Part shown: positions 27,700 to 38,000 of the stretch, piece by piece | Layout of the letters: each line of letters opens with the position of its first letter | Numbering within the stretch: position 1 is the first letter of the stretch | Assembly (NCBI GenBank): GCA_963665295.1 | Contig: OY762209.1 | Span: 192,001-256,000 of the forward strand | DNA: 64,000 nt | Source of the DNA: Syntrophorhabdaceae bacterium | Lineage (GTDB): Bacteria; Desulfobacterota; Syntrophorhabdia; Syntrophorhabdales; Syntrophorhabdaceae | Reading direction: 5' to 3' | Notes under the pieces: generated by a model | Told to the model about the DNA's origin: nothing | Seen by the model: only the letters and a program-made list of their open reading frames with translations | Databases searched by the model: none | Position numbers and translations under genes: made by a program

Positions 27700-29251
27700 C
27701 TTTAGCCTTTACCTCCGCTTCCTTGACCGCTTCCTTCACCGGCTCCTTGACCTGGCCCTTTATCTCCATCTTGACTACGAACCTGTCGGCGTTCATCCTC
27801 GTGTCCCTGATGGTGGGAGACATAAACTCCACCTTCCTGAAGTATTTCGTCTGCTCGAGCTTCGGTAAGATCTCCGAAGCGGAGTTTGCATACCCCTCGA
27901 TATCCACCTGCGTCTCCGCGATCCGCGTCCTTGTAAGCCACACGGTCTTCGGCAGGGTTGCGGTAAGCTCCTTGAGCAGGGCGAGCGCCATGTGACGTCC
28001 CTCCTTGAAATCCTCGATAGAGGCGACCTCGGCGCTTAAGGCATCCACCTCTTTTTTCAGAGCCTCCACCTTTCTTACCTCTTCTTTCCGGAGCGATATC
28101 TGCCGGTTGATCTCATTGAGCCTCGCCTCCTCCCTCCGCACAGGAAGGACGGCATAGGGCACCCAGGCCGCAAGGAGGAGAAGGATGAGAACAAAAGTCC
28201 CTGCCCTGGGGACGGTCGCCACGGATCCGTTCCCCTTTCCGAGCAGGTTCAAACCCTTCGCCCTGGACCAGAGCGACTCGAAGGCAGCGCCGATGGCGAC
28301 ATAGGAGATATCCTCCGCGCCGACCGACGGGCCGAGCTTCACATCACCGGGACGGAGCGCCCTCATGGGGCAGTCCATACACCAATCCGCCGGGAGTTCG
28401 CCCTTGTCCTTCATATACACGTAGACTGCCGGCGTAAGACCAAGGCTCCTCGCCAGGTCAAAGACGGGCTCGATCCCGTTCCTGATCACCTCTGTCCTTT
28501 CCGCCGGTCCGATGCCGGAAAAGCTGCCCCCGAAGGCCGAGACCATGGTGTGGCCGTGGATAAACCCTCCTTCATACCCGAAGGAGTCCACTTCCATACA
28601 GATCGAATCCGCAGTGGGGTCTATATAGCTGCAAAACGTCCCAAGACCCGACAGGTTGATGGTCACTCTCTCGATGCCGATACCTTCCTTCTTCAGGGCC
28701 GTGAGGTACTGGTCGATCAGGTCGGCCCGCGCCGCGACAACCACGATGCTCAGTCGTCCGTCCCGTTCGTTCAGCACCTTGAAATCATAGTATGCGCTGT
28801 CCGAACTAAGGGGGGTAAGCCTGTCCAGTTCATAGGCCATCACAGTGCCGAGATCGGCCTTTACCGTGGAAGGCAGCTCCACGGTCCTCACGATAACCCA
28901 GTCTTTGGGAATACTCAGGGTTATCCCCGTCTTCGGCACCTTGAGCTCCTTGATCGCCACGGACAGCGTGCCGGCAAGACTTTCAGGGCTCAAATGCCTG
29001 CCCTCCTCGAAGGCGTATTTCCTGAACTTCACGATCCTCATCCTGGAGAGGAACCTCGTACCCAGGACAACCCATAGAAGGCCCCGCTCGATTGAGACAG
29101 CCACCGATTTCTTCGGCACTATAATGCCGTCCATGAGACTGAAGGACATGAAGCCCGCAAAGGGCCTCCACCATCCCTCCACCTTCCCCGCGAAGCGGCG
29201 CCAGGGAACGGAAAGTCCCGTCAGTTTTTGCAGCACCGCTGTTCCTATCAT
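27683..29251 (-). CDS. gspL: T2SS GspL / PilM-PilN-like protein
   Basis: Actin-like cytoplasmic part (VRTVELP..YELDRLTP..AYYDF), TM helix, PilN domain (LKELTATLPKTVWL..IEGYA). Confidence 0.75.
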   Translation of the reverse strand: MIGTAVLQKLTGLSVPWRRFAGKVEGWWRPFAGFMSFSLMDGIIVPKKSVAVSIERGLLWVVLGTRFLSRMRIVKFRKYAFEEGRHLSPESLAGTLSVAIKELKVPKTGITLSIPKDWVIVRTVELPSTVKADLGTVMAYELDRLTPLSSDSAYYDFKVLNERDGRLSIVVVAARADLIDQYLTALKKEGIGIERVTINLSGLGTFCSYIDPTADSICMEVDSFGYEGGFIHGHTMVSAFGGSFSGIGPAERTEVIRNGIEPVFDLARSLGLTPAVYVYMKDKGELPADWCMDCPMRALRPGDVKLGPSVGAEDISYVAIGAAFESLWSRAKGLNLLGKGNGSVATVPRAGTFVLILLLLAAWVPYAVLPVRREEARLNEINRQISLRKEEVRKVEALKKEVDALSAEVASIEDFKEGRHMALALLKELTATLPKTVWLTRTRIAETQVDIEGYANSASEILPKLEQTKYFRKVEFMSPTIRDTRMNADRFVVKMEIKGQVKEPVKEAVKEAEVKAKDDKKK

Positions 29252-29347
29252 GCTTTCATCCCCGTGTGCCTGCCCTTCGAGGCTTCTTTACCACGGGGGC
29301 CTCTCCTTTTTCCACCTGTCCCATCGTATTCCATATCCTTGTGTCCC

Positions 29348-30340
29348 TCACTGCCACGGTCTCATTCCCGCCGGGCTCTTATAGTATACATAACGGTATT
29401 TTCCATTGCCCTGTATTTCCACCACGGCCTTTACCCGAAGCCCCTGGGCCTGCCCCCCCTTGTATCCCACCGCCTCGATGGCATACATGTTCGATTCGGT
29501 GAGGCCGATATAGGACGACATCTGCTTGAACGCATCCCCCACGGTCTGGTTCACCTTTTCGAGGTCCTTTATCTCCTCCGACCGCCTGAGCGTGATAATC
29601 TGGTCCGCCATCTCAGGCGTCATGCCGGGAAGGGCGGCAAGGACGGCCCTGGGCGCGCTGTTCACATTGATCGCCCCCGTCTTCGAATAGACGGTGAGGA
29701 GCTCGGAGAGACCCGGTGTCTTGCCGTTCCCATACAGTATCTGCGGCGTAATCCCCTTTACGAGCAACAGTTCCTCGATGGTCTCGAATTTGTCGTTCCT
29801 CGCCTTGTAAGGGTTGGGCAAGGACATGTAATAATCACTCTCCGCCCCGTGGGCCTTGTGCAGGTCATCGCCGTCCATCCAGTCAAGGACGGAATCGACG
29901 ATGATGTCCGCCTGTTCCCTGGGCACCCCGAGGTTCACCAGCATATTATTCAATATTATGCCGGAGGTATCGGTCAAGAGGTTCACATTGAGCTTCCCTG
30001 ACTCATCAATTATATCATATATATAATAATCATTCCCCAACCGGCCCCGGTTAGCGGTTCCGTCGACTCTCACGATCTCCGTTCCCTCCAGCGTGCCTGG
30101 CTGGTTCTTGTAGAAACCCCTGTTGAACATCTCCGCAATGCCCCTCGCCACTCCCGCCTCCGCGAGAAACCTCCTTTCGGCGCCTTCCGAGTAGAAGAGG
30201 GCGCTACGGGTTTCCGTTCTCGTCATAAAGGTGAAGGAGAGGACAATGACCATGAGGATCACCACGATCCAGAGCACCATGAGGAGGGCAATGCCCTTAT
30301 CCGATCCGGCAAGAGGGCAGAGCGTGGAGCCCCTTCTCAT
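29348..30340 (-). CDS. gspK: Minor pseudopilin GspK
   Basis: KGIALLMVLW, DESGKLNVN, DWMDGDD..GAESDYY, EELLLVKG, INVNSA. Confidence 0.92.
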   Translation of the reverse strand: MRRGSTLCPLAGSDKGIALLMVLWIVVILMVIVLSFTFMTRTETRSALFYSEGAERRFLAEAGVARGIAEMFNRGFYKNQPGTLEGTEIVRVDGTANRGRLGNDYYIYDIIDESGKLNVNLLTDTSGIILNNMLVNLGVPREQADIIVDSVLDWMDGDDLHKAHGAESDYYMSLPNPYKARNDKFETIEELLLVKGITPQILYGNGKTPGLSELLTVYSKTGAINVNSAPRAVLAALPGMTPEMADQIITLRRSEEIKDLEKVNQTVGDAFKQMSSYIGLTESNMYAIEAVGYKGGQAQGLRVKAVVEIQGNGKYRYVYYKSPAGMRPWQ

Positions 30341-31053
30341 GCCACGCCTCCATGCGGGCGGCCTGCCGGGGTCCCGACTCCGGGCCCCATGGCCGGACGG
30401 AAGGACGGCATTTCCGTGGCTGAGGGGTAGTAACGCGCTTCGGTAAGCGACCCCCGCGCCCGCATGGGTATAATCATGGAGATTTCCTTTCTTCCGCTCA
30501 AGAGCCTGAGCCTTATCTTCTGCGGAACCTTGGCGTCATCGGCCCACTGGTCGACCCATTGACCCTGCTCCTGGGTAGGCTCCTTAAGGAAATACTCGAA
30601 GTATATCTGGTCGAGACCCTTGAGCAGCGTGGTCTTCCGCGCATTCGTGGTCCCCACCATGCCCTCCGAGGCATAAAGGACCATCTTCCCGGACTCATCG
30701 GTCTGAACAGTGTACTCCACTACCACGTACCCCCTTCTTCCTCCCCAGATGGAATAATTGGTGGCCATCTTCATATAATCCCGCCGTCCCTCGAAATAGA
30801 CCCGTTTCGCCGCATCCCGCTCATAGGTGAGGGGTACCGCGGACTGGACCTGGGCGTCAATAATGGAGAGGGACGCCCTGAACCTTTCGAGGCCCTCGAT
30901 CTTCTTCTCCCCGCTCTCCACGGATCTGTACCCGAGCCTCAGGGCGCCCGTGGCCACGAGAATGATGACGGCCACGAGGGTAACGGAAATGAGGAGTTCC
31001 AGGAGCGTGAACCCCTCGCAAGACCCTGCTTTCTGAAATCTCTCACCCTTCAT
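30337..31053 (-). CDS. gspJ: Minor pseudopilin GspJ-like
   Basis: Prepilin motif GFTLLELLI, C-terminal W..PQKIRL, operon order. Confidence 0.75.
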   Translation of the reverse strand: MKGERFQKAGSCEGFTLLELLISVTLVAVIILVATGALRLGYRSVESGEKKIEGLERFRASLSIIDAQVQSAVPLTYERDAAKRVYFEGRRDYMKMATNYSIWGGRRGYVVVEYTVQTDESGKMVLYASEGMVGTTNARKTTLLKGLDQIYFEYFLKEPTQEQGQWVDQWADDAKVPQKIRLRLLSGRKEISMIIPMRARGSLTEARYYPSATEMPSFRPAMGPGVGTPAGRPHGGVA

Positions 31054-31074
31054 GATCAGGTCCGACGCCTCCCG

Positions 31075-31503
31075 CTACACCCTTCTCTCTATCATCTTCA
31101 TGGTCCTTACCGTCAGCCTTCTCGGTTTGGAGTTCTTCATCCAGTGGACTGTCAGGGCGACCTCGAGGAGTTGTACCGGCAGGTCCTTGGTCCTCTCCTG
31201 CAACACCTCGGACACGGCAACGTCCACGCTGTAGCCGTCCGCCGTGGTCTCGGTCCATGTGTTTATGGGCAACGCGTCGTCATCGACGAGTTCCCTCATT
31301 CTCGTTTCGGCCCTCACCGTGGCTGCCACGTAATCCTCCGAAGCCCGCAGCGCCCGGAGGTCCGCGGAGAAGAGCTGAAAGACGATGGTGGCCGCCATAC
31401 CGAGTATGGAAAGGGCCACAAGAACTTCAAGGAGCGTGAATCCCCGATCCCCTCCGTCGATTCTCTTCCCTGTCCTCCACCTGCGCATAATGATGATGCT
31501 CAT
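31075..31503 (-). CDS. gspI: Minor pseudopilin GspI-like
   Basis: RGFTLLEVLVAL, operon order. Confidence 0.75.
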   Translation of the reverse strand: MSIIIMRRWRTGKRIDGGDRGFTLLEVLVALSILGMAATIVFQLFSADLRALRASEDYVAATVRAETRMRELVDDDALPINTWTETTADGYSVDVAVSEVLQERTKDLPVQLLEVALTVHWMKNSKPRRLTVRTMKMIERRV

Positions 31504-31985
31504 TGCCGTATCTTCACCGACCCCATCACCGGGTCCATCTCTATATAGACCGCCTTCTTTTTGTAGGAAAGGACTACCGTCCCCCCTTCCACGCCGCCCG
31601 TGGAATGAAAGAAGATAGGATACTTGCCGTTAAATACCTCACCGTACGCAGGGTCCAGCACCTTGAGGCCTATGTTCGCCGGTATGGGCTTCATGCGGAG
31701 CCCTTCCACCCCGTACTGCCTTGCATCGAGGTCCAGAGTCAGGATCAAGTCTTCTCCGCGGTTCTGAGCGAGAAATCTCATCTGCCTGATGGTGGCGGAT
31801 ATATCGCGCCCCGTGGCGGAGAGCCTCGCGGATGGAAGGCTGGTGGCAAACTGGATTGTGGCCAGCCCGAGAATGAGTCCCGCAAGGAGCATGACGATCA
31901 CCAATTCGAGGAGGGTGAAACCATCCCGTGCCCCGGGAGGGTGTAACCGGCCTTTATGTGCGTCAACCATGGCCGCCTGCCTCAA
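31500..31985 (-). CDS. gspH: Minor pseudopilin GspH-like
   Basis: DGFTLLELVIV, C-terminal IFFHSTGGVEGG. Confidence 0.75.
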   Translation of the reverse strand: MRQAAMVDAHKGRLHPPGARDGFTLLELVIVMLLAGLILGLATIQFATSLPSARLSATGRDISATIRQMRFLAQNRGEDLILTLDLDARQYGVEGLRMKPIPANIGLKVLDPAYGEVFNGKYPIFFHSTGGVEGGTVVLSYKKKAVYIEMDPVMGSVKIRQ

Positions 31986-33178
31986 AACGGCATATCCGTG
32001 ATGCTGAAGATCGCCATAAGCATGGAAATTACGATAAAACCGATGACGAGACCCATGAGGAGGATCATGGCGGGTTCGATGAAACTCACAAACCTCTTTA
32101 TGGAATCCCTCAGACTCTTTTCATAGGCGGTAGCTACCTTGAGGAGCATGGTGTCGAGCTGTCCCGTCTCTTCGCCGACCCTTATCATGGAAAGGGCAAG
32201 CGGGGGAAGCACATTCGCGTCGGCAAGGGGATCGGCGATGCCCTTGCCTTCTTTCGTTCCTTTTGAAACGGTCTCAATGGCCTTCGCGATCACCTGGTTA
32301 CTGATGACGTCCTTGGAATTGTTGAGGGCCTGAAGAAAGGAGACCCCGCTTCGAAGGAGCGTGCCCAGGGTCCTGCAAAACCTCGCCGTCTCTATCTTTT
32401 TTATCAGGTCGCCCAGGAACCTGAGCTTGAAGGCATCCCATTGATACCTCCCCCGGTTGGATTTCAGGTAGGTCCTGAAGCCGATCCACGCACCCGCGAT
32501 GGCCGCTGCCCCCACCCACCAATACGCCCTCATTCCCGCACTCACCGCAAGGAGTATCTTGGTGGGAAGCGGCAAGGCGCCCCCGAGTTCCGTAAATATG
32601 ACGGAAAACTTGGGAAGCACGAAGGTGAGGAGGATAATGATGGAGAGCCCGCCTGTGAGGCTCAGGATTGTGGGGTATATCATGGCGGAAAAGATGTGGT
32701 CCTTCAGTTCCTTGGTCGATTCGAGGAACTCGTTCAGTTTTTCGAGCACCACATCAAGGACGCCCCCTGTCTCGCCCGCCCGTATCATGTTCACATAAAG
32801 CTTGGGAAAGGCTTTCGGATGCTTCTGAAGGGCGTCGGAAAAGGAGCTGCCTTCCCTTATGGACTTGAGGACGGACCGCACGATTTCCTTCATCTCCTTA
32901 CCTTCCGATATTTCGGAGAGGATATTGAGACCCCTGTCCAGGGGAAGTCCGGCGCTCAGGAGGACTGAAAGCTCCGTGGTGAAGGTGAGGAGGTCCCCTT
33001 TCGACTTCTTGAAGCTTATTTTCCCCTTCAAGCCTCCCTGCCGGGGGGCCGTCACTTTCAGGGGGATTACGCCTGTGTTCTTGAGCCTTTCTATGGCGAG
33101 CTTCTCATCGGTTGCTTCAATGACGCCCTCGATGGTCTCACCGGCCATCGTGGTCGCCCGGTAGGAAAAAACCGCCAT
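31982..33178 (-). CDS. gspF: T2SS inner-membrane platform protein
   Basis: FTTELSVLLSAGLPL, AGETGGVL, AMIYP, VGEETGQL, IEPAMI. Confidence 0.93.
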   Translation of the reverse strand: MAVFSYRATTMAGETIEGVIEATDEKLAIERLKNTGVIPLKVTAPRQGGLKGKISFKKSKGDLLTFTTELSVLLSAGLPLDRGLNILSEISEGKEMKEIVRSVLKSIREGSSFSDALQKHPKAFPKLYVNMIRAGETGGVLDVVLEKLNEFLESTKELKDHIFSAMIYPTILSLTGGLSIIILLTFVLPKFSVIFTELGGALPLPTKILLAVSAGMRAYWWVGAAAIAGAWIGFRTYLKSNRGRYQWDAFKLRFLGDLIKKIETARFCRTLGTLLRSGVSFLQALNNSKDVISNQVIAKAIETVSKGTKEGKGIADPLADANVLPPLALSMIRVGEETGQLDTMLLKVATAYEKSLRDSIKRFVSFIEPAMILLMGLVIGFIVISMLMAIFSITDMPF

Positions 33179-34701
33179 TATACCTCCTGGGTAACCCTCA
33201 GGACTTCTCTTAAAGTCGTGATGCCCCTTTTCACCTTTTCAACTCCGTCTTCGAGCAGGGTTTTCATGCCCCGTCCCCTTGCCGCGTCTCTCGTTTGGAT
33301 GGAGTCCGCGTTCTTGAGTATCATTCTCCTGATCTCTTCATCCACCACCAGGAGTTCGAAGATGCCCTGCCTGCCGTAATAGCCCGTAAAAGAGCATTTC
33401 TCGCACCCCCGGCCCTTGAAGAGGGGTGTGTCCCTCGTCAGACCCAACATGTCGAGCTCATTCTGGTCCGCCCTTGCCGTGTCCGGTTCCTTGCATTCCT
33501 GACATATGACCCTTACGAGGCGCTGGGCGAGAATGCCCCTCACCGTGGAGGAGAGGAGGAAACTTTCCACCCCCATGTCGAGGAGCCTCGTTATGGCGCT
33601 CGGCGCGTCGTTCGTGTGAAGGGTGGAAAAGACCAGGTGACCTGTAAGGGCCGACTGGATCGCGATTTCCGCGGTTGCAAGGTCCCTGATTTCGCCGATC
33701 ATGATGATATCGGGGTCCTGCCTCACGATGTGACGGAGAGTATTGGAAAAATCCAGGCCGATCTGGGTCTTCACCTGGATTTGGTTCACTCCCTTCAGCT
33801 GGTACTCCACGGGGTCTTCGACGGTGATGATCTTCCTGTCCGGGAAGTTGACCTTATCCAGGGCGCCGTAGAGGGTGGTGGTCTTCCCGCTTCCCGTGGG
33901 ACCCGTGACGAGGACGATGCCGTTCGGCTTCTTTATGAGGCCATTGAAGGTGGCAAGGGTTTGGGGCAGGAAACCCAGCAAGTCGAGATCGACTACGACG
34001 CTCTCCTTGTCGAGAATCCTCATAACCACGCCTTCGCCGTGCACGATGGGGATCGTCGATACCCTGAGGTCTATCTCCCGCTCTCCCACCCGGAGCCGTA
34101 TCCTTCCGTCCTGGGGCAGCCTCCGCTCGGCGATATTCATCTTCGACATGATCTTTATCCTGGAGACGATCGCCGCCTGCAGCCTTTTCGGCACAGTCTC
34201 CGCGTCGTGGAGCACCCCGTCTATCCGGTACCTCACCTTCATTTCGTCCGAAAAAGGTTCGATGTGAATATCGCTTGCCCTGCTCTCCACCGCCCTCGTG
34301 ATCAGGAGGTTGCAGAGTTTTATGATGGGGGCTTCGGACGCAAGGTCCTTCAGATGGCCTATATCCTCCTCGTCCTCATTGATGAATTCGATTTCCTCTT
34401 CATCCATGTCTTCGATGATCCCCTTGATGTTCTGTGAATCCTGGCCGTAGAACCTCGATATGTATTCGTCGATCAGGGCCCCGTCGCTCGTGTACACGAC
34501 AACGTCCGCGCCGACCGCCACCTTCAGGGCGTCCACGATCTCCCTGTCCGAGGGGTCCGCCATGAGCACCTTCAACGCGTTGTTTTTCATTTCCAGGGGG
34601 ATGACCCTGTTTTCCCTGACAAATCTGTAAGAAACCCCTTCCAACACAAAGGGCACCTTGGGGAAATCATCCGGGTCGAGATATAAGGCGCCTTCCATCA
34701 T
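33178..34701 (-). CDS. gspE: T2SS ATPase
   Basis: ASDIHIEP, LPQDGR, GPTGSGKTTT, RQDPDIIMIGEIRD, tetracysteine motif. Confidence 0.95.
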   Translation of the reverse strand: MMEGALYLDPDDFPKVPFVLEGVSYRFVRENRVIPLEMKNNALKVLMADPSDREIVDALKVAVGADVVVYTSDGALIDEYISRFYGQDSQNIKGIIEDMDEEEIEFINEDEEDIGHLKDLASEAPIIKLCNLLITRAVESRASDIHIEPFSDEMKVRYRIDGVLHDAETVPKRLQAAIVSRIKIMSKMNIAERRLPQDGRIRLRVGEREIDLRVSTIPIVHGEGVVMRILDKESVVVDLDLLGFLPQTLATFNGLIKKPNGIVLVTGPTGSGKTTTLYGALDKVNFPDRKIITVEDPVEYQLKGVNQIQVKTQIGLDFSNTLRHIVRQDPDIIMIGEIRDLATAEIAIQSALTGHLVFSTLHTNDAPSAITRLLDMGVESFLLSSTVRGILAQRLVRVICQECKEPDTARADQNELDMLGLTRDTPLFKGRGCEKCSFTGYYGRQGIFELLVVDEEIRRMILKNADSIQTRDAARGRGMKTLLEDGVEKVKRGITTLREVLRVTQEV

Positions 34702-34741
34702 CCTGCATAACTCCTTGATATTTCAGATATCGCACTGGTTA

Positions 34742-34770
34742 ATTATAACACAGATAAAAACGCCGGGCAA
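34742..34770 (-). promoter_or_regulatory. Sigma70-type promoter of the gsp operon
   Basis: TTGCCC-N17-TATAAT with an extended TG, about 40 bp upstream of gspE. Confidence 0.6.
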
Positions 34771-34931
34771 CCCACTCTGCCTTCTTATCGGGCCTCAGGC
34801 CTTGCGCCTGTGGCCGGACTCGGGATAAGGCGGAACCCCCGGGAGGGGTCGGGGACGCGGTTCAGGGTAATCCTGCCCGCATTTCTTTTGAAACTTCTCA
34901 GGGGTTGTGGAAGGTGGCGGCATTTAAAGTG

Positions 34932-34970
34932 ACCGGCAGCTCCGCTTAAGCTGCGAGCGGAGCTGCCGGT
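34932..34970 (-). terminator. Strong hairpin downstream of multicopper oxidase 1
   Basis: 15-bp perfect stem accggcagctccgct/agcggagctgccggt. U-tract is weak. Confidence 0.55.
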
Positions 34971-35000
34971 ATCGCTCTAAAATCAGGTGCCTCTTATTGT

Positions 35001-38000
35001 CTACCTGTTCGCAATCGTCCACGCGGGATCTGCGTCGCTCGGGAGTGTGCCGTCCCCGAGGAAGGTCACCCCATCCAGGTACCAGACCGCGTTCACGCCG
35101 GTGCTGTGCCTCCACACAATGTCGGGATGGCCGTCGCTGTTGTAGTCACCCGTACCGGCAATCGTCCAGGCGGAGTCGGCTACGCTCGTTAAGGCTGCAG
35201 TCGAGAGAAGCGACGTGCCGTTCATGTACCAGACCGCGTTCGCACCGGAAGTGTGCCTCCAGATAATGTCGGGTTTGCCGTCGTTGTTGAAATCATCCGT
35301 ACCGGCAATCGCCCAGCCAAGGTCGGCTTCGCTCGGTAGGGCTGCACTGGAGACGAACAACCCGTTGTTCATGTACCAGACCCTGTTCGCGCCGGTGGTG
35401 GTGTTTCTCCAGAGGATGTCGGGGTAGCCGTTGTTATCGAAGTCGCCCGTGCCCACCATCTTCCACGCGGCGTCGGCATCGCTCGGGAGTGTGCCGTCCC
35501 CGAGAAAGGTTGCCCCATTCATATACCAGATCGCGTTCACGCCGGTGCTGTGCCTCCAGAGGATGTCGGGATAGCCGTCGTTGTTGAAGTCACCCGTGCC
35601 GCCGATCACCCAGGCGGGGTCGGTTACGCTCATTAAGGCTACAGTCGAGAGAAGCGACGTGCCGTTCATGTACCAGATCCTGTTCGCGCCGGTGGTGGTG
35701 TTTCTCCAGAGGATGTCGGATTTGCCGTCATAGTTGAAATCGGGCGCCAGGCCGCGATCCAGCACAAGGGGCCTCATCATGTCCGCCTCTTCATGGCCCA
35801 GGATATGGCAGTGCCACATGTATTCCTGACCTAAGTTGGTCATGGCATTCACTGTGCCGGCGACGCTGAAGCCCATAGTGGAGCCGATGGGTTGCGTCGG
35901 ATTGAGGTACCTCACGCTGTTGGGGACTGCGAAGGGAAGCGTAGGCGGGGTGGCCCGAAATGCCACAATCACGTCCTGGAAGGGATTCATTCTTACGGTT
36001 TCCTTCCAGCCCAGTTCGTTCGGCTCGGGCGGAATGATCTCGCCGTTCCAGCCGATACGGTTGACCACCTGCACGTTCACAATGTGAAAGTGTATCGGAT
36101 GGGCGTCAACGCTGTTGTTGGTGATCTTCCAGAGCTGGGTCTGGTTTGTAGTCGCAACGTCCGTTACGGGATCTACGAAAGCGTAAGGGACCGCTGCAGT
36201 CTGGCCGTCCGGGGCCTGGTCTCCGAGGTTGACCAGCATTCTCCCGTAACCGCCCATGGGCTCCCACGTGTCGTTCAGAGACTTTCCCTTGAGCGGCATC
36301 GAGGCGCCGTTGACGGTCATGGTGGTGTCGAATATCTTCGAATAGTTGTCGGTGTAGGTCACGTTATAGGGACCGTTTGGCAGTCCGTACGCCGCTTCCG
36401 TAACGATCGGCGCGGGCTGGGAGCCCGCGAACATGGCGGGCAGGCCCGATGCGGTATTCTGGAGAGCCGCGAGGTCGTATACAGGGGATGGGGCTGCCGC
36501 GCTTACCCTGAACTGCATGATAGTCCGCGTATTGGGCCCGAACCCGGCCACTGTCGAGGGCGATCCGCCACTCGCGCTCTGGTCGGGATTGCCGGTGTAG
36601 TAGTCGTTACGAGGGTCGCCTCCGGGCAGGGGCGCCGGTGCGTCGTTGTAAAGGATGAGGGTGGAACCGGCCGGTATGGCCGAGAAATCGATAATCACAT
36701 CAGCCCGCTCGGCAGGCATCAGAAGGAGCGCTTTACCGAGAATATTGCCGTCCGGGTCAAAGGTGACGGGCTGGCTGGGGATGACCACGGGAGCGGGAAG
36801 GAAGCCGCCTTCCGTACCGATCTGGATTATATCGGGACCTATGTTTGCAGGGTCGGGTGCGCCTCCGTCTCTTCCATCGGTGGGCCAGGTGGCGGGGAAA
36901 CAGCCCGCGGGGTTAAAACCTATCACGCACGTGCAGTTCGTGGTCACTGTAGCGGAGCAGGCCGCGCGGGGAATGGCTGCCGCCATCGCTACTTCCGTAC
37001 AGGTGGCCGCAGGAACCCCTGCGCTATTGCACTTCACGGCCTGGGTCGCCGAGTCTACCGCATAGTAGAGCTGCAGGTTGAGGGGCCGGTCGTTGGCGGC
37101 ATTAAGAATTCTGAACCTGTAGGCTTTCGGGTCCACAGTAAGATTGGGATAAGCGGTCCCGTTGACCATTGCGGTGTCCATGAATGCCTCGGGCGCGTAG
37201 GACGGCTGCGGCAAAGGGGTCACATAGCTTCCGGCTGCAACCGGGGGCCAGACCCACGGGCCGTAGTCCCACCTGCCGTACGGGTTCAGCCCGTTTGCCG
37301 TGGTGAGGCTCTGGTTCGGCTCGTATACATGGGGGAGCCACAGGTCGCCGTTCGTGCCCCAATTGACCGTGTCCCAAAGAGAATCCTGGGTGGCTATATT
37401 CAGGGGGACGAAGGTCTTGTCCTGGAAAACGAGAGGCACTCCATAACGGAATCCGCACACCGTCGCGCCGCCTCCCGCACAGGTATTGGGGAGCAGTCCC
37501 GTGGTAATCGCGTATTCCTCCTGGGGATCGGTCACGAGATAAGCCGCCGCCCCGCCGGCATAGACATTGAGCCGGGTTGTGCCCATGGCGTGGTCGTGAT
37601 AGAACATCAACCTCGCGCTCTGCTGGTTGGAGTAGAAAATGGTCTGAGATCCGGCGGGAACCGTACCCATATCGGGGACATTCCGGAAGCTCTGGCCTTG
37701 AGGGTAGTTGGGCGAGTCCCCGGCAGGAACGAACCACTGGTGGGGGGTACCGTCACTTATCCAGGGGGTTGCCCCTCCATGGAGGTGGATGGCCTGACGG
37801 TTCTGGGTAAAATTGCCCGAGATCAGCGATGCGGGGTTCGCCATATCGCCGATCGTATAGGCCCCTGCACCCATGACCGTCGTGTCCACAGGGATAAAAA
37901 GGTTCCCCAGCGTGCCCACGCCAAGCTGGTTGGTGAACTTGATACGCACCGGCCGGTCCTTTGTGGCCAGGATCAAAGGTCCCAGATACTGGGTGGCGTT

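Noticed and set aside
32126..32137. GGCGGTAG ops-like core
   Set aside because: Inside gspF on the non-coding strand and lacking the TG end; a chance match.
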